Shown: one piece after another, positions 23,485 through 34,913 of the stretch
Numbering within the stretch: the stretch's first letter is position 1
Layout: the number at the start of each line of letters is the position of its first letter
Source: Histomonas meleagridis 2922-C6/04-290x
Taxonomy: Eukaryota; Protista; Parabasalia
Length of the DNA: 64,000 nt
Assembly (NCBI GenBank): GCA_020184695.1
Contig: JAANOX010000261.1
Span: forward strand, 124,001-188,000
Direction: 5' to 3'
The notes under the pieces: generated by a model
The model's database searches: none
Told to the model about the DNA's origin: nothing
The model's input: only the letters and a program-made list of their open reading frames with translations
Position numbers and translations under genes: made by a program

Positions 23485-26400
23485 TTATTCAATATTACTT
23501 TTAGCCAAAATTGCCTTAATTCTAATTGCTCTTGAAGATCTTCTTGGCACCATTGCGCCATTATCTTCTGCGAGTTCTGCTCTGTTTTGCATATCCTTCA
23601 CCATCAGATCCAACACTCCTCTTTGTTTCTGTTGTTCTGCTGCGATCTTTCTTTCTTGTTCGACCTTTGATTTCATCATTTCCTTTTGTTTGAGTTTTTC
23701 TTCTTCTTGTTTCTTCTTTTCCAAATCGTTTTTAGTTTTTTCGAATGCATTACAAAACTTTACGAAGTAACCAAAGAACTCTTGTAACGAAACATTAGCA
23801 GGTGATTCTCCGTAATCTTTTAATGTTTTAGCATAAGCTTCATTTGCAACTTTCAGATCTTCGTTTAATTTAACTATTTTTTGTGAATATTTATCATCGA
23901 ATTCTTTAAACTTCGAAAAATAATAATCGCCTTTAGATAACGCTGCTTCGGAAACCTTTTGATGATTCCTTAATATATTCATTTTACCATTTAATTCATT
24001 TATAGACTTTTGTAAGAATTTTATATCTGCTTTAGATGCCGCATTAATATGAGGCAAATCTAAATAAAAGTTTAAAAGTTCGGGATTCGTCTTTTCGAAA
24101 TGTTTAATTAGGAAACTAATGAATGTAAATCCATTGTTACCTCTAACTTCTGTTAATTTGCTTAAAAACTCCAGTTTAAACCCATACGCTCCACCACGGA
24201 TAGTAGAGCCATTCATTAAATTACCGATTCGTAATAAATGTATTAATACATTCTCAAGTAATTTCGAATCATTAATTTCTTTAAAGCCTTGAATGATATT
24301 ATTAAGTGGTAAATGATACGTGTCGATAAGCGTTTGAATGTTACGTGTTAAATCCATTAATTCGATATGTTGTGATAACCCATTAATTGTTATTATGGAT
24401 AAACAATACTTCTCTGCTATGCCTAACAAGTTTTGATCGCCGGTGTAATTCTTTAATTGGACAATATCTTCTTGTGTTGGTAAATTACTTTTAATCGCAG
24501 CTAATTGATCATCCGTGAAATTGGTATCAAGTTGTAAAATGCGTTCTGTGATTTCGGAATTCTTCATTCGGAACTTGGCTAACATAATCGCTATAGATCG
24601 TGACTTACGTGAATCAATGACTTCAACAACTTTCGGAGATTCTTGTTCCTTCTTAACAATCGCCTTCTTCGGCGCTTCTTGCACGCCAAATGCTTGGTAA
24701 ACATCTTCGAAATCAATATCAACTGAAGAATCATCCATCGTTTCCCACCGTGTTGACTTAATAGCGTTGTCAGGAATCTTCTGCCAGAAAAGTTGCTTGA
24801 CTTTCTTTGGCGGCGCAACGTTTTGCTTTGGTCGGATTAATCCAAATGGTCCTCTTGTTGGCGGAGGCGGTGCTAATGGAGGTGGCGGAGGCGGAGGCGG
24901 TGCTAATGGAGGAGGCGGAGGTGGTGGTGGCGGAGGAGGAGGAGGTGGTGGAGGCGCAGCGGCTTCCTCATTGCCCGACTTCCTCTCGAGTTCACTGATC
25001 TTCGATTCAAGCTCGGAGATGGCTTGGTCTTTCTTAGCTATGATGTCATCTTTAAGCTTAATGATTGCTTCGTTTTTAGATGCAGCTTCGGCTTTGGCTG
25101 CTTCTATTGAGGATTTAATTGCTTCATCTCTTTCATGTATTATACGCTCGATATGTTCTTGCAAACTTTTAATGTTTTCTTTTGAACTTTGAAGTTCGGA
25201 TTTAATATCATTAATTGAAGTCGGCTTATTATCTTCGGATTGGTCTTGAAATATTTCGGCGTTACTTATATTTTCAAGCGGAGTATTTTTCATTGCATTT
25301 GAATCTATAAATCCGAATTTGTTATATAACTCTTCTTGAATATGATTCAAATTAATCGATGGATAATCAAATCCATTTGTTGCATATACAATTGATTCAT
25401 CAAGTGGATTAATTCGACCTCTAGCTAATAAATGCCTATAAAATAACAAAAACGATTCAAGAAAACCAACGAGTTTTGTGCTTTCCGATTTATGATTAAT
25501 TAATATGTCTAAGAATGATAAGTTTATATTATGGAACTTTTCTTGTCCAAATTCAGCAGTAACCATTCGAAGAATTTGTTTATCATCAAATGGATTAATT
25601 TGCTGAGAATTTGAAAACATATCCGAAATAGTTTTGATTTGTCCCATAAGTGGATCAACAACTGATGTTTGGCCAAGCGTTTGTAGACGTGACAAAACAC
25701 CAGAACGAAGTAATTTATGTAAAAGATCAATATAATCTTTGGGATCATCTTTAAGCCCAAGTAATACTGAGTTAAGTAATGCAATGACAGATGTGATTAA
25801 CGATTTGGATGGTGACTTAGAAAGCGCTTCATCAAAAATCCGCCACCCTTTAGATAAACCACGATCAATGCCATCTATGATCTTGGTAAGAAATTGTGAA
25901 AAATTAGGAGTATTGAAATATGCAACAAGAAGAGTAGTAACAGTTTCAAATGATTCAAGTTCTTTCGGAAGAAGAAAGTGAAGAAAAACTCGGACATATT
26001 CAATGTGTTGTGAAATGAAATCTTTGCCTGGCTTAACATCAGCAACTTCTCGAACACATTGAAGAGCCCTAAGAATAATGGGCTTTTGGTCTGGTTGAAA
26101 TTGATAATTTGGAGTAATATTACTTGCTAAATCGTTTAAACGATTGATCAATAACGGAATTCCTCCAGCTTGAATAAATTTTTTAACCCATGATATTGTG
26201 TTACCATGAAGAGCTGTTGCCAGTTTTTCAAAAGTCTGAAGTGACACTCTAGAAGAAAATGATGAAGGGCTTATTTGTCGAATGAAATCTTCAACAGGTG
26301 TTACGTTTCTGTACTTGTTACTGACAACAACTTGCCACTTTCTTTCAGTTGACCAGTTTTGATAACTTGTATTTCCTTGTTGATCATTATCAATAATAAA

Positions 26401-26514
26401 TTCTTCAAACTGTCTTTCAACTTCCTCTGGGGAAGGCATCTCTAAGCTTTCAGGTGGTGGCTGATTGTTATCGCCTGATGAAACGCCGAAAAATTCGAGG
26501 ATCCAACGGTCCAT
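23485..26514 (-). CDS. Formin (GBD/FH3, FH1 polyproline, FH2)
   Basis: Poly-Pro tract; FH2 motifs KQLFWQKI, SRSIAIMLAKF, and GNLMNG..IRGGAYGFKLEFLSKL. Confidence 0.95.
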   Translation of the reverse strand: MDRWILEFFGVSSGDNNQPPPESLEMPSPEEVERQFEEFIIDNDQQGNTSYQNWSTERKWQVVVSNKYRNVTPVEDFIRQISPSSFSSRVSLQTFEKLATALHGNTISWVKKFIQAGGIPLLINRLNDLASNITPNYQFQPDQKPIILRALQCVREVADVKPGKDFISQHIEYVRVFLHFLLPKELESFETVTTLLVAYFNTPNFSQFLTKIIDGIDRGLSKGWRIFDEALSKSPSKSLITSVIALLNSVLLGLKDDPKDYIDLLHKLLRSGVLSRLQTLGQTSVVDPLMGQIKTISDMFSNSQQINPFDDKQILRMVTAEFGQEKFHNINLSFLDILINHKSESTKLVGFLESFLLFYRHLLARGRINPLDESIVYATNGFDYPSINLNHIQEELYNKFGFIDSNAMKNTPLENISNAEIFQDQSEDNKPTSINDIKSELQSSKENIKSLQEHIERIIHERDEAIKSSIEAAKAEAASKNEAIIKLKDDIIAKKDQAISELESKISELERKSGNEEAAAPPPPPPPPPPPPPPPPLAPPPPPPPPLAPPPPTRGPFGLIRPKQNVAPPKKVKQLFWQKIPDNAIKSTRWETMDDSSVDIDFEDVYQAFGVQEAPKKAIVKKEQESPKVVEVIDSRKSRSIAIMLAKFRMKNSEITERILQLDTNFTDDQLAAIKSNLPTQEDIVQLKNYTGDQNLLGIAEKYCLSIITINGLSQHIELMDLTRNIQTLIDTYHLPLNNIIQGFKEINDSKLLENVLIHLLRIGNLMNGSTIRGGAYGFKLEFLSKLTEVRGNNGFTFISFLIKHFEKTNPELLNFYLDLPHINAASKADIKFLQKSINELNGKMNILRNHQKVSEAALSKGDYYFSKFKEFDDKYSQKIVKLNEDLKVANEAYAKTLKDYGESPANVSLQEFFGYFVKFCNAFEKTKNDLEKKKQEEEKLKQKEMMKSKVEQERKIAAEQQKQRGVLDLMVKDMQNRAELAEDNGAMVPRRSSRAIRIKAILAKSNIE

Positions 26515-26653
26515 TTGACACTTCTCAAATTTGAGAGCACTTTTGAATTCAAAAATCAGATTTTTTTAAAAACAAAAATATCTTAAAATGAAAAGCTTTT
26601 CGAGTATTAAAAAAAATAAGACAGTTGCGTCAAATAAACAACTTTATTTTATT

Positions 26654-27274
26654 CTAAGCAAATCTTAAAACGGATAATCCCGAATAATTTGATTTCCCTA
26701 AAAAGTTGGATAATGATGAAGGAATATCATTCTCAAGATAAAGGCTCTTTAGCATTGGAAGAAGTTCATCTAAAAGAATGGTATCTCGATCATTTCCAAA
26801 CCAAGGAGAAATCCGAATTAAATTTTTTGGTTGGAACATGGCAGAACCTTCAACATCATCAACCAGAAGAATTTTGTCGATGGGCCGACCAATTAATTCT
26901 AAATCCTTCACCGGATATCCATATTTTGACGTACAGTTTTCTCTAAAAAACCTATGTGAAGCAGGTGCCTCTGGTGAGATAAGGTTAATGATTTGGTTTC
27001 CATATTCCTGGCTTGATGCTGTAAAAAAAAAGATATCAAATAGTTTGGACACCTCTTGAATAAACTGATATAGCCCAGGGCGTAGCTGAATGTACATCCT
27101 CCTTCTTCCAATTCTGATTTGGAATGAATCTGTTTTTGGTTTTATTGCGGTTGCAAAAATTAAAGTTTCGTCTAAATCAAAAACTATTGCGGGTTTTTGG
27201 TTTTCTTTGTTAGCAAACCGCGATAGATTCTCTGCTAGTTTGGTGTGATTCATTTTTGGTTGGTGATCAATCAT
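26654..27274 (-). CDS. NIF/SCP-family CTD-like HAD phosphatase
   Basis: VFDLDETL (DxDxT), LRPGL, FTAS, VKDL...LLVDD motifs. First ATG at 27274. Confidence 0.92.
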   Translation of the reverse strand: MIDHQPKMNHTKLAENLSRFANKENQKPAIVFDLDETLIFATAIKPKTDSFQIRIGRRRMYIQLRPGLYQFIQEVSKLFDIFFFTASSQEYGNQIINLISPEAPASHRFFRENCTSKYGYPVKDLELIGRPIDKILLVDDVEGSAMFQPKNLIRISPWFGNDRDTILLDELLPMLKSLYLENDIPSSLSNFLGKSNYSGLSVLRFA

Positions 27275-27867
27275 CGATTTTACTGATTTAAGAATTTTTA
27301 TGGGGAATTTTCTATTGACATTTGAAAATTTATACAATTGCCAAACTGAAACCGCTTAAAATTAAAAGGCCATTCGAATTTAAGGATAAACCTACCAAAT
27401 TTGTCTCAATCAGCCCAAAATGATTATTCGAGCGTTAAAAAGTTTATTGACTGACATGTTAGGTGAATTTTCTATCGTTAAAGATTCTTTTTTTCTATTT
27501 ACCCCCTCTTTGCTTGGTGTTTATGGTTCTGGGCTTAATTAAATAACTTTATAAAGTTTGTTAAAGTGTTCTAAAAAAAATTTAAATTTTTGTTTTATAA
27601 TGAGCTGAATTCTTAAAATTGCTAAACCAGATGCTAAGTGTGCAACTTATTTTTCAAAGGAAAGAAGAAGTCAATTTTTTAAAGTTCATATTACAGGCAT
27701 CATATACGCTATGAATTTGTTTGTCAGTTATGTTTATTATATCATCAAATCAGAAAAAGAGGAAGCCAACATAAAATTTTCAATAAAAACATTTTATATT
27801 CTATATTTATATTTAACAACAGATATCTTTAGATAAAAACAATTTCTTGCGAAGGATTTTTTACTTT

Positions 27868-28302
27868 TTAACTCCTTGGCTTTTCTTTCTTTCCGAGCCA
27901 TAAGGCAAGAAGAGAGAAACCTGCAACTTTGATTACTTGGAAACGAACTCCTGGAAGATCACCAACAGAACGATTAGAACGACCAAGACCAGCAACAAGA
28001 ACACGGTCGTTATCGTCAATCAAACGAAGAGAACCATCACGTGGTACAAATGCTGTGATGACTTTACTATTCTTTTTAAGTTGAACACGAACAGCTTTAC
28101 GAATAGCAGAGTTTGGTTGTTTAGCTTCTACAGCAACTTTTTGTGTAACAATACCTGAAGCCATAGCAACACCTTCTAATGGTGTTTTATAAATTGTTGT
28201 ACTTTGCCTCTTCCTATATTTCTTACTTGCCCAGAGATTGTTTCTGTGTGCAACACGAAGTTTACGAGCTGCTTGACGGCCGCATGCTTTAGACTTGCCC
28301 AT
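27868..28302 (-). CDS. RPS23: 40S ribosomal protein S23 (uS12)
   Basis: [15 protein letters not shown]...[17 protein letters not shown]...[15 protein letters not shown]...KKEKPRS. True ATG at 28302. Confidence 0.98.
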   Translation of the reverse strand: MGKSKACGRQAARKLRVAHRNNLWASKKYRKRQSTTIYKTPLEGVAMASGIVTQKVAVEAKQPNSAIRKAVRVQLKKNSKVITAFVPRDGSLRLIDDNDRVLVAGLGRSNRSVGDLPGVRFQVIKVAGFSLLALWLGKKEKPRS

Positions 28303-28307
28303 GCGCA

Positions 28308-28327
28308 AAAGGCAGACCAAAACCGTC
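28308..28327 (-). promoter_or_regulatory. Parabasalid M3 (GACGGTTT) plus M5 (CCTTT) core promoter of RPS23
   Basis: Minus strand reads gacggttttggtctgccttttgcgcATG, matching the Trichomonas M3/M5 core-promoter arrangement typical of ribosomal-protein genes. Confidence 0.8.
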
Positions 28328-28369
28328 AAAAAAGTGCTATGTGGGGTGCCCGAAAGGATTAACACCACG

Positions 28370-28918
28370 ATGAACACTTCTCAGATTCCACATAAACTCA
28401 TCTTAATTGGTGATGCAGGTGTTGGGAAAACATCTATTGTCAATGGATTTCAAGGAATACCCTGTTCCTGTTATGAACCTACAGCGGGAACATTATTTTC
28501 TGTGTTTAAAGATTCGAATACAAATATCTTATTTCACATTTATGACACAGCTGGGACGGAAAAGTACCGTTCTCTCACAACACATTTTATGAAAGGTTCA
28601 TCAATGGCTATTCTTGTTTTTGATGTTTCCGAAAAAACAACATTTGAAAGCCTTGATGGTTGGATCAATTTTTATAGGGAAAAAGCAGGTCAAGATCGTC
28701 CCATTCTAGTTGTAGGAAATAAAATTGATCTCGAAAGAAAAGTTTCTAATAAAGATGCTAAAGAATGGTGTTCCCAGAGAGATCTAGAATATGAAGAATC
28801 ATCAGCTCGCACTGGAAAGAACATAAAGGAGGTTATGAATAAGGCTTTTTTGATTGCTTCCAAATCTCCCCCTCAGGAAATAATAACGACTGAATATTCA
28901 GAAAATAAGTGCTGTTAG
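28370..28918 (+). CDS. Rab-family small GTPase
   Basis: [25 protein letters not shown] motifs and C-terminal CC prenylation site. Likely ATG at 28370. Confidence 0.93.
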   Translation: MNTSQIPHKLILIGDAGVGKTSIVNGFQGIPCSCYEPTAGTLFSVFKDSNTNILFHIYDTAGTEKYRSLTTHFMKGSSMAILVFDVSEKTTFESLDGWINFYREKAGQDRPILVVGNKIDLERKVSNKDAKEWCSQRDLEYEESSARTGKNIKEVMNKAFLIASKSPPQEIITTEYSENKCC

Positions 28919-29157
28919 ACAAACTTTATATGTTTATAAAAATACTAATTTTTTCTAAATAATAAAGATCTTACCTGATTACCGAATGTTTAACAGCAAA
29001 ATGTGATACCCATATAGGTTTTTTATTGAGCTTACAACTTATTCGAAAAAAAAGAAAATTCATAAAATGAATTTTAAGAACAAAAAGAATGCCTTGTTGA
29101 AATACAAAAAAAAAAGATAATAATTTGAAAGCAAAGTTTTTTTTTTAAAAAAAAGAG

Positions 29158-29547
29158 TTATTTTTTGGAATTGTAGAGACCAGTGAAACAATTCTTAAAC
29201 CTTGATCGGCATTCTTCGAGCTGGTTCCTCAAAGTCTGATTTGTTGATGCTGCAGCAGCAAATCTTTTCTTTAAAGAGAGTGCACTTTCTCTTAATCTGT
29301 TGTTTTCTTCAATTAATTTATTGCCATCATCAACCGTTTGTCTTTGTTGTGGGCGTGGCTGGTATTGTTTGGTCTCACCTCGTTTTTGTGGAAAAATGAT
29401 TTGAGGCTGCTGATTAAATTGAGGTTCATCAGATTGAAATGGATCAGCAAATTCACTGTTGAAATCAAAGTCATTGCCGAATGGGTCAGCCATGAAATTC
29501 CCTTGAACAAAGGAATCTTCTTCGTCAAAATCGAAATCCCAGGCCAT
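29158..29547 (-). CDS. Small hypothetical protein with acidic/Phe-rich N-terminus and C-terminal coiled coil
   Basis: Open frame from MAWDF to NSKK; heptad pattern in the C-terminal half. Confidence 0.65.
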   Translation of the reverse strand: MAWDFDFDEEDSFVQGNFMADPFGNDFDFNSEFADPFQSDEPQFNQQPQIIFPQKRGETKQYQPRPQQRQTVDDGNKLIEENNRLRESALSLKKRFAAAASTNQTLRNQLEECRSRFKNCFTGLYNSKK

Positions 29548-30200
29548 TTTGAAATTGTAACCGACAAATGCCAGAAATGTGATATGAAAAAGTTTATTTA
29601 TGTTGGTTCTGGGAGAAAGCATAAAAACAAGTTTTTCCGAATAAAATGCGTTCTTTGCTAATCTACACTAAGTTTCCTTTTTGATGTAAAAATAAATATA
29701 TTAGGTTTGAAGGTGATCAAGAAAATTTAATCATTTGATGAACTCGAATATTGCAAAATTTTTGTTCCACTCAGTGCATATCAGGAGTGTCTTGATGTTT
29801 TGTTGCTTGATATTATGCTTTTTATTTCACATACAGAATTCTGCACGAAATTTATGAATTTTATCAAAAGACCAACCAAAACGTTTTGGCGGTTCGTATT
29901 CAAATTGCTTTTTCTGAGGTCAGAACGTTTTTTACGGTACGAGGGTAAAAACTTTGGTGAATGGTGAAAAATACTAATATTCTAATGAATATTGTAGTTA
30001 TTATAATAATACCAATTATTTAGATTTAATTTAGAGTATTTTACTAAATTTCATATCTAAATTAGATAATAATATAAATATAGAGAGATAAAACAATTTC
30101 TTTTAAGATATTATAGCTGCTTATTTTGAATGAGCTATTGAATTTCCAAGAAGGATTTCACAAACAGAACCAGCCCACATAAAATTTGAATAAATCTAAA

Positions 30201-30779
30201 ATGAACCCTCATAAATCAAAAATGTATAACAAAAGCAACACTTTACAAACATACGCTATTAGTAAGAAAAGGAGGAAGGCATTCACCCCTGAAGAAGATC
30301 AGGAACTAAACCGACTTGTTAAAAAATATGGAACAAAGAGTTGGGAATTAATATCATCAGAAATGAAAACAAGAAACGTGCGGCAATGTAGAGAAAGATG
30401 GAAATATTATCTAAGTCCAAATGTTAACCGATCACCATGGACGTCTGATGAAGATCATATATTATATGAAAAATATAATGAATTTGGTCCAAAATGGTCA
30501 ATAATTTGTAAGTATTTTCATGGTAGATCACTTAACAATGTGAAAAACAGATGGAATTCAATTGTAAGGAAGATAAAAAAATTGAAACTTAATATCAACT
30601 CCGAGGATGACTTTTACTATTGTGGAAAATTACTAAATAAGACTTCAAGCTATCAAATGAAAATAGATGATAATGAACAGATATTAAGTAATGAAGAAAA
30701 TAGCAAAGAACATCAATTTGATCCTTTATATTTCCTTAAGATTGATAACCTTTTAAATCAACTTCCTGCAACTGTATGA
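30201..30779 (+). CDS. R2R3 Myb-like DNA-binding protein
   Basis: FTPEEDQEL...RNVRQCRERWKYYL and WTSDED...GPKWS...RSLNNVKNRW. Confidence 0.95.
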   Translation: MNPHKSKMYNKSNTLQTYAISKKRRKAFTPEEDQELNRLVKKYGTKSWELISSEMKTRNVRQCRERWKYYLSPNVNRSPWTSDEDHILYEKYNEFGPKWSIICKYFHGRSLNNVKNRWNSIVRKIKKLKLNINSEDDFYYCGKLLNKTSSYQMKIDDNEQILSNEENSKEHQFDPLYFLKIDNLLNQLPATV

Positions 30780-31097
30780 TTTAATTTAAATTTCCAAATA
30801 AAGCCTAAATAAAGAGTCGATAAATCATTTGTTTTTTTTTTTCATTTTTTTTCTGTTTCATTTTCAGTTGGAAATTGAAAGATCTGACAAATTAATCCAT
30901 TGAAATCAACTGTTTTTGTGCAAATTAAGGCACTGGCCATGTCGGTTATTCACAATTTTTTGGAAATTGAGCGAAGCTTCTCTCTAATAACCGCGGGCGG
31001 TATGACAGATCGAATTGAAATTTTTGGGAAGCATGTCACATCACCTCACCTTTAGCTTATTTTTTCAATGGTTTACTCATAAGTTGGTCCCAAGCAC

Positions 31098-31418
31098 ATG
31101 TTGACACAATTCAAACATTCTCATAAAGTTTCCCAAAACTTCTTAGGATTGTTTTTCGCAAGCACAGCAAAACCTGAAATCGAGAAAAAAGTTGATGAAA
31201 TTATTGAAAAAATAATTCGACCTGTTTTGCTGAAAGAAGGATCTGATATTGAATTCCATGGAATACAAGATGATTGCGCTGTTATTACTCTATCAGGAAA
31301 TGCGTCAATCCCAGACGTTGATGAAGCTGTTGATCTTAAACAAGAAATTGCTGATGTAATCAAGCTACAAATTCCAGAAATCACACGCGTTCGTGAGAAG
31401 ATGCTTTTTGAAGATTAG
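31098..31418 (+). CDS. Nfu/NifU-C-like protein with putative hydrogenosomal presequence; CxxC motif absent
   Basis: VDEIIEKIIRPVLLKEGSDIEF matches the NifU-C fold start; N-terminal ML...K/R-rich leader. Confidence 0.75.
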   Translation: MLTQFKHSHKVSQNFLGLFFASTAKPEIEKKVDEIIEKIIRPVLLKEGSDIEFHGIQDDCAVITLSGNASIPDVDEAVDLKQEIADVIKLQIPEITRVREKMLFED

Positions 31419-31483
31419 ATAATAATAAAAGGGAATAAAAAATAATTATCATGATTAATTCTACAATTATAAAATAACACAGC

Positions 31484-34060
31484 TTAATTTGAAGATACTT
31501 TTGTTAACACATTTAACTGAGGAAATACACTGTTTATTTTGATATTGAAAGGGAAAAAAATTTGGAAAAAATAAACGGTTTTTTCTTTACTGATAAACAT
31601 TCTGTTAAATAACATAAAATTATTTGCAATAGCATCAATATTTTCATCCAACTGATTTCCTTTCATAATAACACTTACGAAATTTACCACATTTTCATTA
31701 TCTCTTGGATACATTTGAAAAAACAAATTCAAAAATTCAACATCACCAATTTGTTTCGCAATGAATATTAATATTACTGTCATTGCTCTTGGGAAATTTT
31801 GATTATTATTATGAAGCGAAGCCAATAAAATTTGTCTCATTAACACAACTAAAATTTCATTTGGTGGCTTAGCACTTATGATATTCGACAACACATTTCT
31901 CATATACATAAAACAATTACTTATACACAAAGCTTTAAAAAACAAATTCAATGAAAAAATTTCGAAAAAATGTTCAACATTTGTATTAGATACATACTCC
32001 ATATAAAAGCAAATACCTTTAAATAACATTGAATCCGGATTAATGTCTTCATTCATAAGGAAACTTCTTAAATTCGGCATTAGTTCAATTGGAAAGTTTT
32101 TTAATGCAACGAAATGAAATGGCGAAATGATTTGTAATTTCACAGTTTCTTCGATCCATTCGATGAAAAACAAATTATTTGTATATAACTTTGATGTATA
32201 TATAAGATTATAGATGTAACATAATGATTTTTGTATTGATATAAAAGGAATCGTTGATAATAACTTTAACATGGGAAGAAAATCATTAAAAAAGTCTAAA
32301 TAAAATTGTGATAACATTAAATTTTGATTTGATTTAGGGAAATTTCTTAACATTGCACTGATTATATTTAGATAATATTCAATCATCTCGATTGATTGAT
32401 TTTGTAAGTTTTGGAAACTTTGTATAATAACATTTTTAATTATTATACCAATTTGAATATTTATTGATTCATTACTTAAGTTCCCAATTAAATATAAAAA
32501 ACCAGGAATGAGATAAATGAAATCTGTTTCTTTTGGCGCTTTTAATATTTCTAAAAATATATTAATGTTATCGATTTTGCTCACATAATTATAATATTTT
32601 GAAGACAAAAAATAAAACGTTTTTGATGTTTTTTCTGGATTTTCATTATAACTTTTTAAAATTAACATTAAATAATTCGGAATGAAATTAATTTCAATTT
32701 TTCCATATTTACATGAATTATATATAAATAAAAGTATAAAATTTGTTGGAAGTTCTGTTTGAAATAAAAATTGATTTAATTGATGAATGAATTCATCATC
32801 TAAAATCTTTAATGAATATGTTGCTAGTATAAAATATGCAAATGAAAATTCATTTGTTACACTTCTTAATAACATAATCATTTTGTTCGGGATTTCTCGA
32901 TTTATTTCTTCGATTGGTCCTTCAAAGATTGAAATAGGAAAACTAGAGTTTATACCCGTTACAAATAATTGGATTATCATTGGAAATATTTCGTTAATTG
33001 GATGATTTTCGTATGAAAAAAATGGCAAAATAAAATGAACAAGTGATGAATATATTAACTTCCAATTCTCATAATCACCTGAAAAAATAAAACAACAACT
33101 AAAAAACTCTTGCATTGTAGCCATTATTTGTCCTTGAAATTGAATTTCATATAAATTTAAATCATCAAGTTGAAGAAATGAGATCCATAATGGTAAAAGT
33201 AAAGTATCAGCTACTTCACTTGAACTAATATTTTGACGAATTACCGAAGAATAATCGGTCATAAATCCAATAAATTCAAGTAAAAATGAAAAATCATATT
33301 TCGAAATGGATAAAACCGTAATAAAAACATCAATAACCGCTTCCGCATATTCAAAATTATGTATCGTCATTTGAATTTGTGCATAAAAAAATCTGATGTT
33401 TTGGTAATAGTTTTGATCTCTAACTAATGCATGAAGCAAACGAATCCAATCAATAGATATCTGATTTTGTTGGAGAAGAGAAAAACCAAAGTCAATCATA
33501 TGATCTTGGATTAATTCTGGAATTCTTGATTTTTTGACAAAAAATTCTTGTTTTTCTTCAAAAAAAAGAGCAAAAAATCGAATTTTATATGGAAGAGATA
33601 GTTGATCAATAAAATCAAAATAAAATTCTCCTGTTAAAGTAAAAATATCAGCAATTAAAATCATTGTGTACAAAACATTAACAAGCTCTAGATTTTGAGG
33701 TAGCTGTTGTAATAGGTATTGAAGAGTAACAAATAATGATTGAATTTGTCCAGAAGAAAATGATTCAATATTATTTCTTACTTGGTGTTGAATTGCTTTT
33801 AATGCAACGAACAATACCTTTTGATATAGTTCATTTTCCTTTACGTAATTAACAAAAATAAAAATGCAATCATCAATTGTATTTTCATTATTTTGCCAAG
33901 CAAACAGATCATCTGTTGCTGCTTGTATATTTTTATTTTCCTGTGTACCATCAAACATTATTGATACTATTGAAATAATATGTTGAACTCTTTCTCTTGT
34001 TTCATCATCCCCCATTATAGGCGGACGTTTAGTTGAAGAATCGTCACTTTTCATAAACAT
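31484..34060 (-). CDS. Importin-beta/karyopherin-like HEAT-repeat protein
   Basis: N-terminal IBN_N-like segment (ATDDLFAWQ...LFVALKAIQHQVRNN) followed by long alpha-helical repeats. Confidence 0.55.
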   Translation of the reverse strand: MFMKSDDSSTKRPPIMGDDETRERVQHIISIVSIMFDGTQENKNIQAATDDLFAWQNNENTIDDCIFIFVNYVKENELYQKVLFVALKAIQHQVRNNIESFSSGQIQSLFVTLQYLLQQLPQNLELVNVLYTMILIADIFTLTGEFYFDFIDQLSLPYKIRFFALFFEEKQEFFVKKSRIPELIQDHMIDFGFSLLQQNQISIDWIRLLHALVRDQNYYQNIRFFYAQIQMTIHNFEYAEAVIDVFITVLSISKYDFSFLLEFIGFMTDYSSVIRQNISSSEVADTLLLPLWISFLQLDDLNLYEIQFQGQIMATMQEFFSCCFIFSGDYENWKLIYSSLVHFILPFFSYENHPINEIFPMIIQLFVTGINSSFPISIFEGPIEEINREIPNKMIMLLRSVTNEFSFAYFILATYSLKILDDEFIHQLNQFLFQTELPTNFILLFIYNSCKYGKIEINFIPNYLMLILKSYNENPEKTSKTFYFLSSKYYNYVSKIDNINIFLEILKAPKETDFIYLIPGFLYLIGNLSNESINIQIGIIIKNVIIQSFQNLQNQSIEMIEYYLNIISAMLRNFPKSNQNLMLSQFYLDFFNDFLPMLKLLSTIPFISIQKSLCYIYNLIYTSKLYTNNLFFIEWIEETVKLQIISPFHFVALKNFPIELMPNLRSFLMNEDINPDSMLFKGICFYMEYVSNTNVEHFFEIFSLNLFFKALCISNCFMYMRNVLSNIISAKPPNEILVVLMRQILLASLHNNNQNFPRAMTVILIFIAKQIGDVEFLNLFFQMYPRDNENVVNFVSVIMKGNQLDENIDAIANNFMLFNRMFISKEKTVYFFQIFFPFNIKINSVFPQLNVLTKVSSN

Positions 34061-34913
34061 TACATATTCATTCTATTGTCTTTTTGCTAATTTCTCTATT
34101 TCTCCGAATATTAGTCAAAACCACAGTTTCAAGCTAGCTTTATTCTGAAATTGTTTTTGAGAACGATATTGGCTGATTTTCATTCGTCCACTCATTCAAA
34201 TTTGACTTCGAATCGCTTGAGCATGTGAAATGATTTCAACTTATTGAGGAAAAAATTATCTATTTTTCACCTAGGATTTATTTTTCGCCGAATGCAAAAA
34301 ATAAATCCAAACTTTGATAAATATTAGTTATGCTTTTATATCTTTATTAATTTTTAAATTCTTCTCAATAATATTCTGGATTTTGTTAAATTTTGTAAAT
34401 TCTCATTATTCTAAAAAACAATATCATTTTATTTAGAAATTTGAAATTGAAGAAATATAAAATAAGTTGTAAAAACTATTATAATATTATAATGTCATAT
34501 TTATACTAAATTTTTTATGAATAACTTTAGAAAATATTATATGGAAATTATTTATTATCCTTTATGTGATGTAAAATGAAATAATACTTTTGACATTGAG
34601 TTCGATTATTCTTTCTGCAAGAAGTAATTTGGCTAAAACTGTATGACCTTTTTTAGAAGTTATCATATGTTATAAATTATTGTAAGAATTTCCAAATATT
34701 ATTTATATATATATTAAATTTTAAAAACTAATTTAAGTACTATTGTACTTCGTGAATATATGTATGAAACTAAAAAATAGAAGGGTTTTTTGACATTACC
34801 CGCTTTACAAATTTTTTGGAAATCCCTATTTTGAGCGTAAAAAATTTTATGGGCTTAAAAAGATGCTATACTTGGAACATTATAAATGGTTCCAAAATCT
34901 ATAATAAGTTAAG

